Origin: Azolla caroliniana
Taxonomy: Eukaryota; Plantae; Polypodiophyta
DNA length: 64,000 bases
Reading direction: 5' to 3'
Assembly: GCA_043228905.1 (NCBI GenBank)
Contig: JBHGNT010000002.1
Coordinates: 12,338,001 to 12,402,000, forward strand
The notes under the pieces were generated by a model. That model was not told the DNA's origin and did not search any database. It saw nothing but the letters and a program-made list of their open reading frames with translations. Every line of letters starts with the position of its first letter. The stretch's first letter is position 1. This document shows positions 1 to 11,371 of the stretch, piece by piece. Made by a program: the position numbers and the translations under genes.

Positions 1-3000
1 TGAACTTCAATATGCTTACTCCGCTCCGCACATGGAAAGTGGGATTGCTTGCTTTCTAAGTAAATACTTGCCATGTTGTCACCGTATATCAGAATGATTC
101 CCACATGCACTTTAAGATCAGCCAAAAGCTTTTTAAGCCACATTTCTTCACATCTAGCAAATGTTAATCCTCTATACTCAGCCTCCATGGATGAAAGTGC
201 AACAGTAGGTTGTTTCTTCGAGCTTCATGTGATAGGATTGCTTCCAATCATAAACACATAACCTGAGGTTGATCTCCTATCGTCCTTTGAACCTGCCCAA
301 TCCGCATCACTAAAGCCTTTGACTTGCAATTCTTCATCACACTTATTAAACAAAGCATGATTAATTGTATGCTTTATATATCTTAACACTCTCTTAGCTG
401 CATTTAAATGTTCATTTGTTGGAGTTTGCATAAACTGAGAAAGTACACCAACAACATAACATAGATCGGGTCTTGTAATGCTTGCATAGATTAATGATCC
501 TATAATACTTTTGTATGTTGTTGCATCTTCTAGTATTTCTCCATCACTTGAGCATAGTTTTGTATTTGTATCAATGGGTTAAGTGAGTGGTTTGCATTCA
601 CTCATTCCAAATCTGAAAAGAGCATCCAACAAGTACTTCCTTTGCATCAAGTAGATGCCACTTTTCCTATAAACAACTTCGATTCCTAAAAAATATTTCA
701 GCTCTCCTAGATCTGAAATTTTAAATTCTTTCCCAAGCTTTCCTTTTATATCCTTAATCCATGTATTATCATTCCCTCTTTCCCTTTCCTTTATCTTCAT
801 ACCATGGTCTTAGTTCAAAAAAGACCACATCTCGTGAGACCCTTACTTCCTTTGTTATAGGATTATAACACTTATATCCTTTTTGCTCCATCGAATAGCC
901 AATGAAAATGCATTTTTCTGAACTTGGTTCCATCTTTGTTCTTACTTCTTGAGGAATGTGAACAAAACAAACACATCCAAAAACTTTTAGGTGTGTAAGA
1001 TTAGGTTTTCTACTGGAATATACCTCCTCTAGTGTCAAGTTATGTATTCCTAATGTTTTGCATCTATTCATCAAGTAAACGTCAGTTGTGGTAGCTTCAG
1101 CCCAATAGTGTAATGGTACCTTCATCTCGTTCAACATGCATATTTCGACTTCTGCGATTTGTCTATTTTTCCTCTCAGCTATGCCATTTTGTTGACGCGT
1201 ATATCGACAAGTAAATTTCCTTTTAATCCCATTCTCTTGTAAGAAATCTGAAAAATCATTGGAGAAGTACTCCCCTCCACCATCGGATCTTAAGATTTGA
1301 TATGCGTTCATGTTTCTTTTTCAACTTCATTTTTGAATCTCTTGAATATAGAAGACACATCCAATTTTTGTTTCATACAAAACAACTATACCTTTCTTGA
1401 ATGATCTTCAATGAAAGTGACGAAAAATCTATTAACAGCCATTGATGACTCTCGGGTAGGTCCCCATGCATCTGTATGTATTAAATCCAAGACATTTGGG
1501 GCCACATAATTGCTCCTCTTGAATGGTTGCCTTGTTTGTTTACCTAATTGACAAGCTTCATACAATTCATGTAATCCAATACTATTAAATTTTAGAAGAC
1601 CTCTTACCACTTCATGTTTGCTCATGTCCTTTAGCTTTGGAATGTTAATGTGTCCTATCCTTTTGTGCCATAAATCTAGCTCGGAAAATTTTCGTGTCGT
1701 GTCCCCAAATTAAATATACATGACCTTTCCATAAGGATTTTGAATGTCCAAGGTGAACATTCTTCCTTCTCGTTTACCTTGAGCAATGACCTTGAAACCT
1801 TCTTTAGGATTCTTTATAAAGCACCCATTTTCATTGAATGTGACATTATAACCGTTCTCTACCATTTGTCCTACTGAAATCAAGTTCTTTGAAATTGTAG
1901 GAACATGAAGAACATTTGATAATACCTTTGCTTTACTTGTTTGTGTCTCCAAGCCTTACATCTCCAATGTGTTCAATCGTGTGTTGAGTATCATCACCTA
2001 TCTCAACACATCCTTTCCCATTTGGTATCTGTAAATTAGTGAACATACTTTCTTGGCATGACATATGATTACTACAACCTGAATCAATATACCATTTTCC
2101 ATCATCTTCATAAGAGCTTCTAAACTCATGACTCATTGCGAGTAATGTATCCTTAATACCTTCTCTTGAGATGCTTGCATAATTGCTTTGAGTTCTTTGA
2201 TTTCCTCTATTTTGCCTTCCATTTTTCAGCCAACAATCACTAGCATAATGTCCTACTTTACCACAATGATAACATGTTATACCTTTGTGGGAGTTGTAGA
2301 AACCTCGGCCTCATCCTCTAAATTTTCCCCGGCCTCTTCCTTGTGTGTTGTCATTTGATCCATCCTTGGTTTCCTCAAAATTAATTTGATTGTAGTTGAA
2401 GTTGTTGTGACCTCTTCCTTTTCCTCTTGAGCCTCCTCTTGAAATCCTTCCTTTACCTTGACCTGCATACAACACTTGTTTGTAGCTATCCTTTCCTTTG
2501 AAAGCACCAAAGCTAAGCTCTTCTATGACAAGATGAGGGATTAGTTGATCAAACTTTGGATATTCATCTTTCAAATTCATGGAAGTTATAAAAGGCTTCC
2601 ATCTTTCATCTTCTCTCAATCCATTGAGAGTACAACACACAAGATCTTCATCTTCAACTATTGTACCAATAGAAGCTAAAGCATCTCGTAACTCCTTGAT
2701 CTTCAATGTATATTCATCTATAGATTGACGTGAACTTTTCTTAATTGTGTTCAACTCATTTTTTAATTGAAGTTTCCTAGCTTTTGTATTTGTTGAATAC
2801 ATCCTTTCAAGAGTTTCCCATGCATCCTTAGCAATTTTTAGATGTTGAATATGCCCTACCATGGAATTACTAATTACTTGTGAAATGAGGAACATGACTT
2901 TCCTATTCCTCTCGTCCCATTCTTTTCCTTGTCTCTTTTAGGCTTCAGTGGTTGTAGCTTGATCGATTTTAGGTTGAGCATCCTCTCTACTCACCATACC

Positions 3001-3835
3001 CCACAAGCCTTTGCCCATTAGGTAATTGGTCATTCTAAACTTCCATATAGGGTAGTTATCTTTATCTAATTTCTCTACTTGTTGACCCAAATCCCATTCA
3101 AAATATATCAAAAATAATGAGGGTTACCTCTAATAATTGTGTAGTTCTCTACTCTTGTTTCGTGAATCTCCCCCTTTCTCTTTAGTTCTTCTTGCTTTTC
3201 TTCAACTCGAGGATTGTTGATGAACCTTTTTCACCAGCCAAGCTCTAATACCAACTATGGAGAATTTTTCCTCCTATTCACAGTAAGAAGCGTATAGTGA
3301 ACCGTTGTAGGTCCAATACATGGACAATCACCTTTCACTCTCAGTTTGATAACTCCAATAATATGATGAATCCGAGGCTGCAATTTTATACACAAAAACT
3401 GCATAGAACGAGCTTTCCAAAGAGTGTTTAAACATAAGAAATGGCTATATATTCATTAAGATATGAATCTTACAAAATAGCTGATACAAAAGAGACCGTG
3501 CGAGAGAGACTAAAAATGTATATCAAAGACAATCTATAGAACTTCTCACTTACATATGACACTCAAGGTATTCCTCTTGCTCTCCTTTTTTCTATATGTA
3601 TAGAACTCATTTTATACCTATTTATACCTTATGTTTATGCTAGCTACTTACAACTTGACTCACCTATTAGACGCCACTTTTGTAGCCATTGATTTTGTGT
3701 CTAATTCTCACCTACCACATATATTTACCCATTATATGCTATTCACTATAGTCTTTAGATAAATATTCACCATACAACTTTATAAACATAAACAATCATA
3801 GCTCATGTCAATTTGAGCTTGTACATTTATCTTCA
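1..3835 (-). mobile_element. Decayed Ty1/Copia LTR retrotransposon (5' LTR ~3256-3835, gag-PR-IN-partial RT-RH), running off the window start
   Basis: ORF fragments in Copia order: gag (AKDAWETLERMY, 2311-2895), PR (WYIDSGCSNHM), GAG-pre-integrase/IN (LIHTDAWGP, RSDGGGEY), RT C-half (DLGELKYFLGIEV), RH (GFSDADWAG). The N-half of RT is deleted near 770. Many stops and frameshifts. Confidence 0.92.
3242..3253 (-). promoter_or_regulatory. Primer-binding site, tRNA-iMet type (TGGTATTAGAGC)
   Basis: One mismatch to TGGTATCAGAGC; lies between the LTR and gag. Confidence 0.85.

Positions 3836-3837
<2 letters not shown>

Positions 3838-3872
<35 letters not shown>
3838..3872. repeat. (GA)n microsatellite in chromovirus LTR U5 (also 8843-8886)
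   Basis: Directly visible, at the same position in both LTRs. Confidence 0.95.
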
Positions 3873-3877
<5 letters not shown>

Positions 3878-4007
3878 ATGATAACAGGTGATATATTATG
3901 TGAAGAGTAAGTACAATATAACTATGAGTCTTAAGACTGGCGTTGAACCAATTTGGTTCAAAATAATGCCTTGTGCCTCTTTTTATAGTGTTCTGAGGAA
4001 TAGTCCT

Positions 4008-4040
4008 GAAGCTTCTAGAATATTCTAGAGAAATCTGGAA
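4008..4040. promoter_or_regulatory. Heat-shock element array in chromovirus LTR U3 (copies at 9018-9050 and 59722-59754)
   Basis: GAAgcTTCtaGAAtaTTCtaGAGaaATCtgGAA is an alternating nGAAn/nTTCn array, ~20 bp upstream of the minus-strand TATAAAA (3981-3987). Confidence 0.75.
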
Positions 4041-4094
4041 TATACAATAATTTTCTATAGTAAAAATTAAATGAAAATAATATCCTACGTATTA

Positions 4095-4166
4095 TAATAG
4101 ATAATGTAATGGTCAAGAGCTCAACCCATATAACATAAGGTTATGGGTTCGAGTCTTGCCATATCA
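4095..4166 (+). ncRNA. tRNA-like (A-box/B-box) cassette at the LTR terminus, antisense to the element (copies 9105-9176, 59800-59871, and 19385-19448 on minus)
   Basis: A box TAATGTAATGG 4102-4112 and B box GGTTCGAGTC 4146-4155, at the 44-nt spacing of tRNA genes. The cloverleaf is degenerate, so this is not a functional tRNA. Confidence 0.6.
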
Positions 4167-7100
4167 TGACACTATCCCCTTCTTAAGAGGACGAGTGTCA
4201 CAAGTCGGCATTGATTGTGGATCGGGTTTGTCCGGATCCTTTTGCTGGAAATTAGCAAGAAGATCCTTAGCATGCTCGACGGGTTCCCAAGTACGTTCAC
4301 TTGGACTATAGCCGAGCCAATTGACCAAATAATAAAATTAGTTGCGAACATACTCCGGTTCGGTGTCCAACTCAAGTGGGGGCAGCGGTGGTGTAACACG
4401 ATCGGGAATAGTGTTGGCCTAATAAGGTTCGAGAAGAGAACTATGGAAGAACGGATGTATCTGAAGGTGCGGAGGAAGATCAAGGCAGAACGTGACATCA
4501 TTTATCTTGCTGGTAATACGGAAAGGACCGAGTCGTCGATAATCCAATTTGTCACACGATCGAGTTGTCTTGATGTGACGACGTAAGCGCCATACTCGAT
4601 CTCCGATGGAAAAAGAGGAGGGAAGTTGTTGAAGATCTGCATAAGTCTTTTGAGTGTGTTGAGCATGACGAAGATGAGTAGATAGATCCTCGGCACGAGG
4701 ATTGGTAGGTAGCTCCGGAGTGTCGATCACAGAACAACGAGGATGAGAAACGGTATAAGCATAAAATGGCGAGACCCGAGTCGAGGAGTGAATAGCGTTA
4801 TTATATGCAAACTCCGCAAAGTGGAGAATATCAGCCCAATCGTCCCATTGATAACTCAGAAAACACGGAAGATATTGTTACAGTGTTTGATTCATTTGTT
4901 CCGCTTGCCCATCGGTTTGGGGATGGTGGTTGGAGGAGAGGTTGCAAGAGACCTTGAGCATCTTGAAGAGATGCTTCCAAAATTTGGAGACGAATTGAGG
5001 TCCTCAGTCACTGATGATACTGTCTGGGAGGCTGTGATGCTGAAATACCTCATGTATGATAAGGGTCGCAGTTTCCTCACTAGTGATGGCCTTAGTACAA
5101 GGCACAAAATGTGCCATCTTAGTATATCGATTGACGACGGTTAAGATAACATCAAAACCCTTCGAGACTGGAAGATCTGTGATAAAATCAAGACAAATGG
5201 ACTGCCATGGCTTACTTGGAATTGGTAAGGATTCCAACAAGCCATATGGATGATGTCATGGCATCTTTGCTCAACAACAATTTTGGACAATTTGAAGGCA
5301 ACAATAGCAATCGGGAACATACACGAGCTTTTTAAAGAATAATAAACCATCATGATATTCGAATTGTCGGTAGTCCATACCTGGTTGTTGAGACTGGGAA
5401 CAGGATGCCCGAGAGGCATCAAATTGTGCTAGAATGTCTTGAGCAGAACTATTCGTCTTCAAGTTGGCACGTATGGCATCAATAATTTGGGAATCCAGTG
5501 GGGTGTGAAAAACCCGCGTTGTGTGCAAACGTGTTGGTCCCAAGATTACCTGCTTTTTGATTATCAAATGCTGGATCACCCGGACGAGGTGCAAGATATG
5601 AACGTCATGATAGTGCATCTACTTTTCCTTGTTGCTTTCCTAGCCAATATGTGATTTTGAAGTCAAAATGCGTAAGGAATTGGGCCCACCGAGCTTGCCG
5701 TCGATTTAGTACATCGAGCATTCTAGAAGTAAGCAAGATTTTTGTGATCACTGAAGACGATGACATGATGAGGAGAGCCCTCTAAGAAGTGTTGCCATTG
5801 CACAAACTAATCCACAATGGCTAATAACTCCTTGTCAGGTATCTCGTAGTTAATTTCTGCGGCATCAAATTTGCGTGAGTGGAAAGCCACAAGATGTAAC
5901 TTTTCTTTATCTCCTTGTTGTGAAAGGATGTTACCAAGGGCGAAATCCGATGCGTTGACCTTCATGATGAGTGGTTTGTTTGTATCCACATGAGCTAGAA
6001 TAGGAGCCGATGTAAAGGCTTTCTTAAGATGCATAAAAGCCATGTCCACTTCATTGGACCAAAGAAATGATTGTCCCTTCTTGGTAAGCTGTGTGAGAGG
6101 TAAAATAACCTTTGAGTAATCTTGTATAAACTTGTGGTAGAAGTTAGTAAAGCCTAGGAAACATTGCACGTCTCGTAACAAACATGGAGTTTGCCACTCT
6201 AGCACAGTTTGGACTTTAGATGGATCCATGGAGGTACCTTTTGAGGAGATGACATAACCTAGAAATTCCACTTGCTTGCAGTCAAAGCTACATTTTTCTA
6301 GTTTGGCATAAAGACCATGCTCTCGAAGTTGTTTTAGTACTAATAATAGTACATGAGAATCATGCTCTTCCTAGGTCTTTGAATAAATCAATAGATCATC
6401 CAGATAGATAATCAAACTGATATCGAAGAGATCTCTGAATATATCATTTGCCATGTGCTGGAAGACTACGGGCGCATTGGTTATAGACCGAATGGCATAA
6501 CGGTATACTCGAAGTGCCCATATCGGGTGCGAAAAGTGGTCTTCAATTTGTCTCCCGGTCGGATCCGCACGAGGTTATATGCTCCTCGTAAGTCGATTTT
6601 TGTAAAAAACTTGGCACCATTTACATGTTCTAATAGACTTGATATAAGGGGAAGTGCATACCTATTCCGAATGGTGACCTTATTCAAGCCGTAGTAATCG
6701 ACGACGAGACGAAGGGATCCATCTTTCTTTTTGACAAAGAAAATGGGTGCACCGGCCGGAGATTTCGAATGACGAATAACCCCGCTTGCCAAATTCTCTT
6801 CTATGTAGGCTTGAAGGACTTCCAACTCGGTTAGTGATAAGTTGTAAATCGGTTGGTGACAAGTTGTAAATCGGTCCCCACGGTGGCTCTGTTCCTAGTT
6901 GTAAATTGTTGGGACAATCATAGGGACGATGATGAGGAAGAGTACCAGCTCTAACCTTGTCAAATACATCGGCATAAGGATGATATTTCGCGGGAAGTTG
7001 AAGTAAGGATTCCTTTTTAATAGTGCTAGAAGGATGTACTAATATTACAAATAGAAACATTGACTCCTTGCGTCCTTCTTCGCATAATTGATGGGGCGAA

Positions 7101-8747
7101 ATGGTTGAAACTCGATGAGTAGATTCTCGGGGTTGTCGATACCGAACTTCTCTTGTTCTCCAATCTATGTCTAGATTATGTACTTCAAACCAAGGTAATC
7201 CCAGGACAAGGGATGCTCTAAACTACTAATTATATTAAATGATACCACTAATTATAGTACAACCTGAATGGGTTCTGACTCTTCTACGATATTCCCAGAA
7301 GCAATGGGATGACCATCAATGACTACTACAGGTGAGGGGCAAGGAATTTTTCTTAAGGATATCTGAGAAGCTTGGGCAAAATTCCGATCCATGAAATAGG
7401 AATTGGCTCCGGAATCTAAAAGTGCTAAGACATGTACTGGAGGGGTACTTTTAGTACTAATCATGACTTGGGCTAAGAACACATTGCTAACTTGGTTAGA
7501 GGTAATGGAACCACCAATGGGCTACACAGATCTAGGGTTGTCCAACCAAATGGCTCCTATTTTGGCTAGACTTAGTCGTTTAACTGTTCCTTTAATTGAC
7601 TAAGGATTTCAAATTTGTTTGAGATACTTGGGCTATCAATACTATCAAACACTCCTAAGGGAATTGACTCGGGTTTAGTATAGGCTACGATTTGATTTAC
7701 CTGTCTTCTTGGCCTATGGGGACAGTTGATGGCGATATGCCCTGGTCCACCGCAATAAAGACATAATCGATTTGCACGTCGTCGTTGCTTTTCTTCTTCC
7801 GATAATGGGCCACATTGACACATGGTGTTGATCTCCATCGGCGTCAGAGTATTTGCCTGAGATACATCTCGTGCAACCAGTTTAGCTACGAGTGAGGCTT
7901 ATGTGGGCTCTGGCCTAGTCCGTGGCATTTGAAATTGACGTTGCAAACGTTGTTCGAAAAGGCGGTTGTCGCATTGGACTGCTCGACTGATTGACTCTAT
8001 AAGAGATTTTGGTTCTTTGGGAGAGGTTAAAAGAAAATCTTTGACATCATTTCGCAAGCAGTAGTGGAACTACTCCATTAGTGCTTGATCATCCCAGGGG
8101 ATATCTGAGGCAAGTACACGGAAATCCGCCAAGTAGGCAAAGGCTGGACGATCTCGCCTTGACGCAATCGTCGGATTTTGTTTATCGCCATCCTGATATT
8201 GTCGGTATCTCCAAAGCAGGCTTTAAACTCGCTAATAAAGTCTTCAAAAGCGGAGGGAGATTGTTTTTCCAAAAGCGGAGCAAACCATGCAAAGGCTGAG
8301 CCGCTGAGCAATGTGCCTATTAGTCCTACTCGAGATGCATCAGTGGGGTATTGGGAAGGATGCATTTGCATGAGTAAGCGTACCTGATTAAGGAATCCTC
8401 TGAATTGTGAGCGCGTTCCATCGAATTTCACAAGAAGACCAATCTTAGGCTCTTTATGAAGTCCTTAGGGACTTGATCCTTGTTATTGTAACACTACAAT
8501 GGTTGCTTCGAGTTATTGTACGCGTAACGCTAACTCCCCATGTTGTTGCTTCATTTGTTGTTTTTATAAAGCAATTTGTTGAAGATCCCCTAACAATCAT
8601 TGGTTTTCTTGTTCCAATTCAAAGGGTTTTTTTTTAGATACTGTAGCTTGGAAAAAACAGATTGATATTCTTGGGTGTTAACAGTAGCCATAGTATTGGA
8701 AAAAGGGGTAAGAGGATGAGGGAAACTGAAAAGAAGACTAGAGGAAG

Positions 8748-8761
8748 AAATTGGTTCATAC
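8748..8761 (-). promoter_or_regulatory. Self-priming PBS (non-tRNA), complementary to LTR R region 8952-8962
   Basis: Minus-strand TGAACCAATTT follows the LTR end and pairs 11/11 with AAATTGGTTCA ~35 nt downstream of the TATA start. No TGG tRNA PBS is present. Confidence 0.75.
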
Positions 8762-8840
8762 TATCAGGAATAGTACTAAAATAGAGAGAAAATTAGTACT
8801 AGAGAAGGGAAGTACTATTAGTACTAAGAGGACGGATTGC

Positions 8841-8891
<51 letters not shown>

Positions 8892-9181
8892 ACAGGTGGT
8901 ATATTATGTGAAGAGTAAGTACAAAATAGCTATGAGACTTAAGACTAGCATTGAACCAATTTGGTTCGAAATAATGCCTTGTGCCTCTCTTTTTATAGTG
9001 TTGTCAGGAATAGTCCTAAAGCTTCTAGAATGTTCTAGAGAAATCTGGAATATACAATAATTTTCTATAATAAAACTTAAATGAAAATATTATCTTATAT
9101 ATTACAATAGATAATGTAATGGTCAAGAGCTCAACCCATATAACATAAGGTTATGGGTTCGAGTCTTGCCATATCATGATA

Positions 9182-11190
9182 TCATCCGCCTCGAGAGAAT
9201 TGAGTCCACTCGGATGTCTGTGATCCCATGCCACATCAATCTCTCGACAGTGTTTTGTATTTCGTCAGCTTCATTAACGACTCGACTCGGAAGGTGTGGG
9301 GCTTATCCGATCAAAAGGAAAGATCGAGTGTTCTCAATCTTCTTTGATTGGCTCGCTATGGTGGAGAATCAGTCCGGACGAAAACTGAAATGCTTTTAGA
9401 TTGATAACGGGGGAGAGTTCAAATGAGAGGAATTCGTCAAATTTTGCCGACAACGTGGCATCAGACGTGAATTTACGGCACCCCACAATCCGGGGCAGAA
9501 TGGAATTGCTGAGCGAATGAATTGGACAATTCAAGAAAGGATAGTTTCCATGCTCCAACACTTCGGACTGTCGGATGGCTTCTGGACAGAGGCCCTACTT
9601 ACGGCAGTACACATAATCAATATGTCTCTGAGCATGCCTCTAGGACTTCGGATCCCTCAGGAACTATGGAACGGTAGTATGCCGATTTACGACAAGCTGA
9701 GGATTTTCGGATGTGAGGCGTACGCCCTCATCCCAAGAGATGATCGCCGCAAACTTGCACCAAGGTCTAGGAAATGTATTTTCCTCGGTTATGGACCAGA
9801 TGGCGAAATAGGATACCGACTCTGGGACCCCAAGCGCAAAACAATTGTCCGAAGTTCGGACGTCGTGTTCAACGAGTCGGCCATGCATCAATCGGTCGAA
9901 AAACCCATCGAAGTCTAAAGGGTAATTTTCTCCGATGTGCCAACCCTTCATGAAGGCCCAACTCACAACACGCGGCCAACTTCACGGGGAGCTGAACCCT
10001 CTAACATCGACTCAACAGTGTTAGACTCTGCGCAACCAAACAATTCGGATTTGGACCATTCGACCTCGACACCCGATGCGACCATTCTAGTCATACCTCA
10101 GTGATCCGAGAGATTGTCGCAACCCTCAGAAAGATACTCTCTTGATATCTTCCTCACGGATGCCAGAGAACCGACGTCATACGAAGAGGTATTTGCATCA
10201 GCCGACTCGGCCACCTGGCATCTAGCAATGGAGTCTGAAATGAACTGCATTCGTGCAAACCACACTTGGGACTTGGTCGAATCACTGAAGGATCAACATG
10301 CCCATCCGTGTAAGTGGGTCTACCTTGTTACGGAGACGTCCAATTTGGCCACCTCGAAATTCAAGCCCAGATTAGTAGCAAAGGGTTTTCGACAGGAATA
10401 CGGCATCAACTTCAATGAAATCTTTTCACTAGTGGTGAAAATGACCACCTTTCACTTTATGCTCGGCGTATTGGTAGCCGAGAATTTGGAGCTGATTCAG
10501 CTGATGTTAAAACGGCTTTTCTCCACGGTGATCTTGAGGACGAAATTGATATGGAACAATTGAAGGGCTTCGTGGTATCTAGTCAAGAACATCTAGTCTG
10601 CCAACTCAGGAAGAGTCTTTACGGCCTGGAATAGGCACTACGATAGTGGTACAAGAAGTTCGACGACTTCATCCAATCGATCAACTTCTCATAGAGCAAT
10701 GAGGACCAGTGCCTCTTCATGAAAACAACTTAGGATGGATCACCCATCTTCCTCATCATCTACGTGAACTACATGCTCATCTCCGGTCGCCATGATGGAG
10801 AACTCGTCGAACTTGTTCTGCAACTGCGGTTAAAGTTTACCATGAAGGACCTCTGTCCGGCACGACACATCCTTGGTATGAAAATTAGTCGGAATCGAAA
10901 TCGACGACAACTATTTTTGTCTCAATCCGACTACATTGGCCGTGTGCTAGAATGCTTCAACATGCTTGGCGAAATCTACCTCAATCCCGCTCCCTATTAG
11001 CACTCAGCTGTCTCAGTGTGACTGTCCGACATCCGGTCTGGAGGGGGAAACGATGAGATCGGTACCGTATGCACCGGCAGTCAGCTCTCTGATGTACGTG
11101 ATGATCAAGACACGGCCCAACATCGCTCATGCCGTCGGAGTCGTCAGCAAATTTATGCACAATCCTGGCCGATCGCATTGGACCTAGTTA
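9182..11190 (+). pseudogene. Copia pol fragment (IN-RT), decayed
   Basis: IFGCEAYALIP, RKCIFLGYG, RLVAKGFRQEYGINFNEIFS, VPYAPAVSSLMY. Confidence 0.9.
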
Positions 11191-11371
11191 GGTGTTGGTT
11201 GCGTTAAGTTGTAACACACTCTTGACATTGTGCCTAATTCTCTCTCTCTCTTGCTTACTAGTTGGTTTCTTTTCTCTCTTCGCTGCCATCAAAGCTAAGC
11301 ACTTGCATCCATTTACGATCTTATCCTAGAAAAGTGTCGATCTTGTTCCGCATTAGATGATGGTGTACCCA

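Larger units (their letters stand above)
3838..9181 (-). mobile_element. Decayed Ty3/Gypsy chromovirus, Tcn1/Tf1-sushi-like; LTRs ~3838-4171 (interrupted at (GA)n by the Copia) and 8762-9181
   Basis: Direct LTR pair, TGTCATGA start on the minus strand, PPT 4172-4186. Gag (KFDGTRSQFRGF; CLYCGGPGHIAINC), PR (ALLDSGA), RT ([16 protein letters not shown]), RH, IN ([13 protein letters not shown]) and a chromodomain remnant YLVNWLGYSPSERTWEP at ~4280-4335. Confidence 0.93.

Noticed and set aside
4095-4166. Functional tRNA gene
   Set aside because: The D, anticodon and acceptor stems are degenerate and no anticodon can be assigned; kept only as tRNA-like.
6820-6873. Short tandem duplications (22 bp here; 25 bp at ~47825-47875)
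   Set aside because: Ordinary slippage or repair scars in dead elements.
9002-9014. Internal copy of the LTR terminus TGTCAGGAATAGT
   Set aside because: Not conserved in the other LTR copies (3992, 59706).
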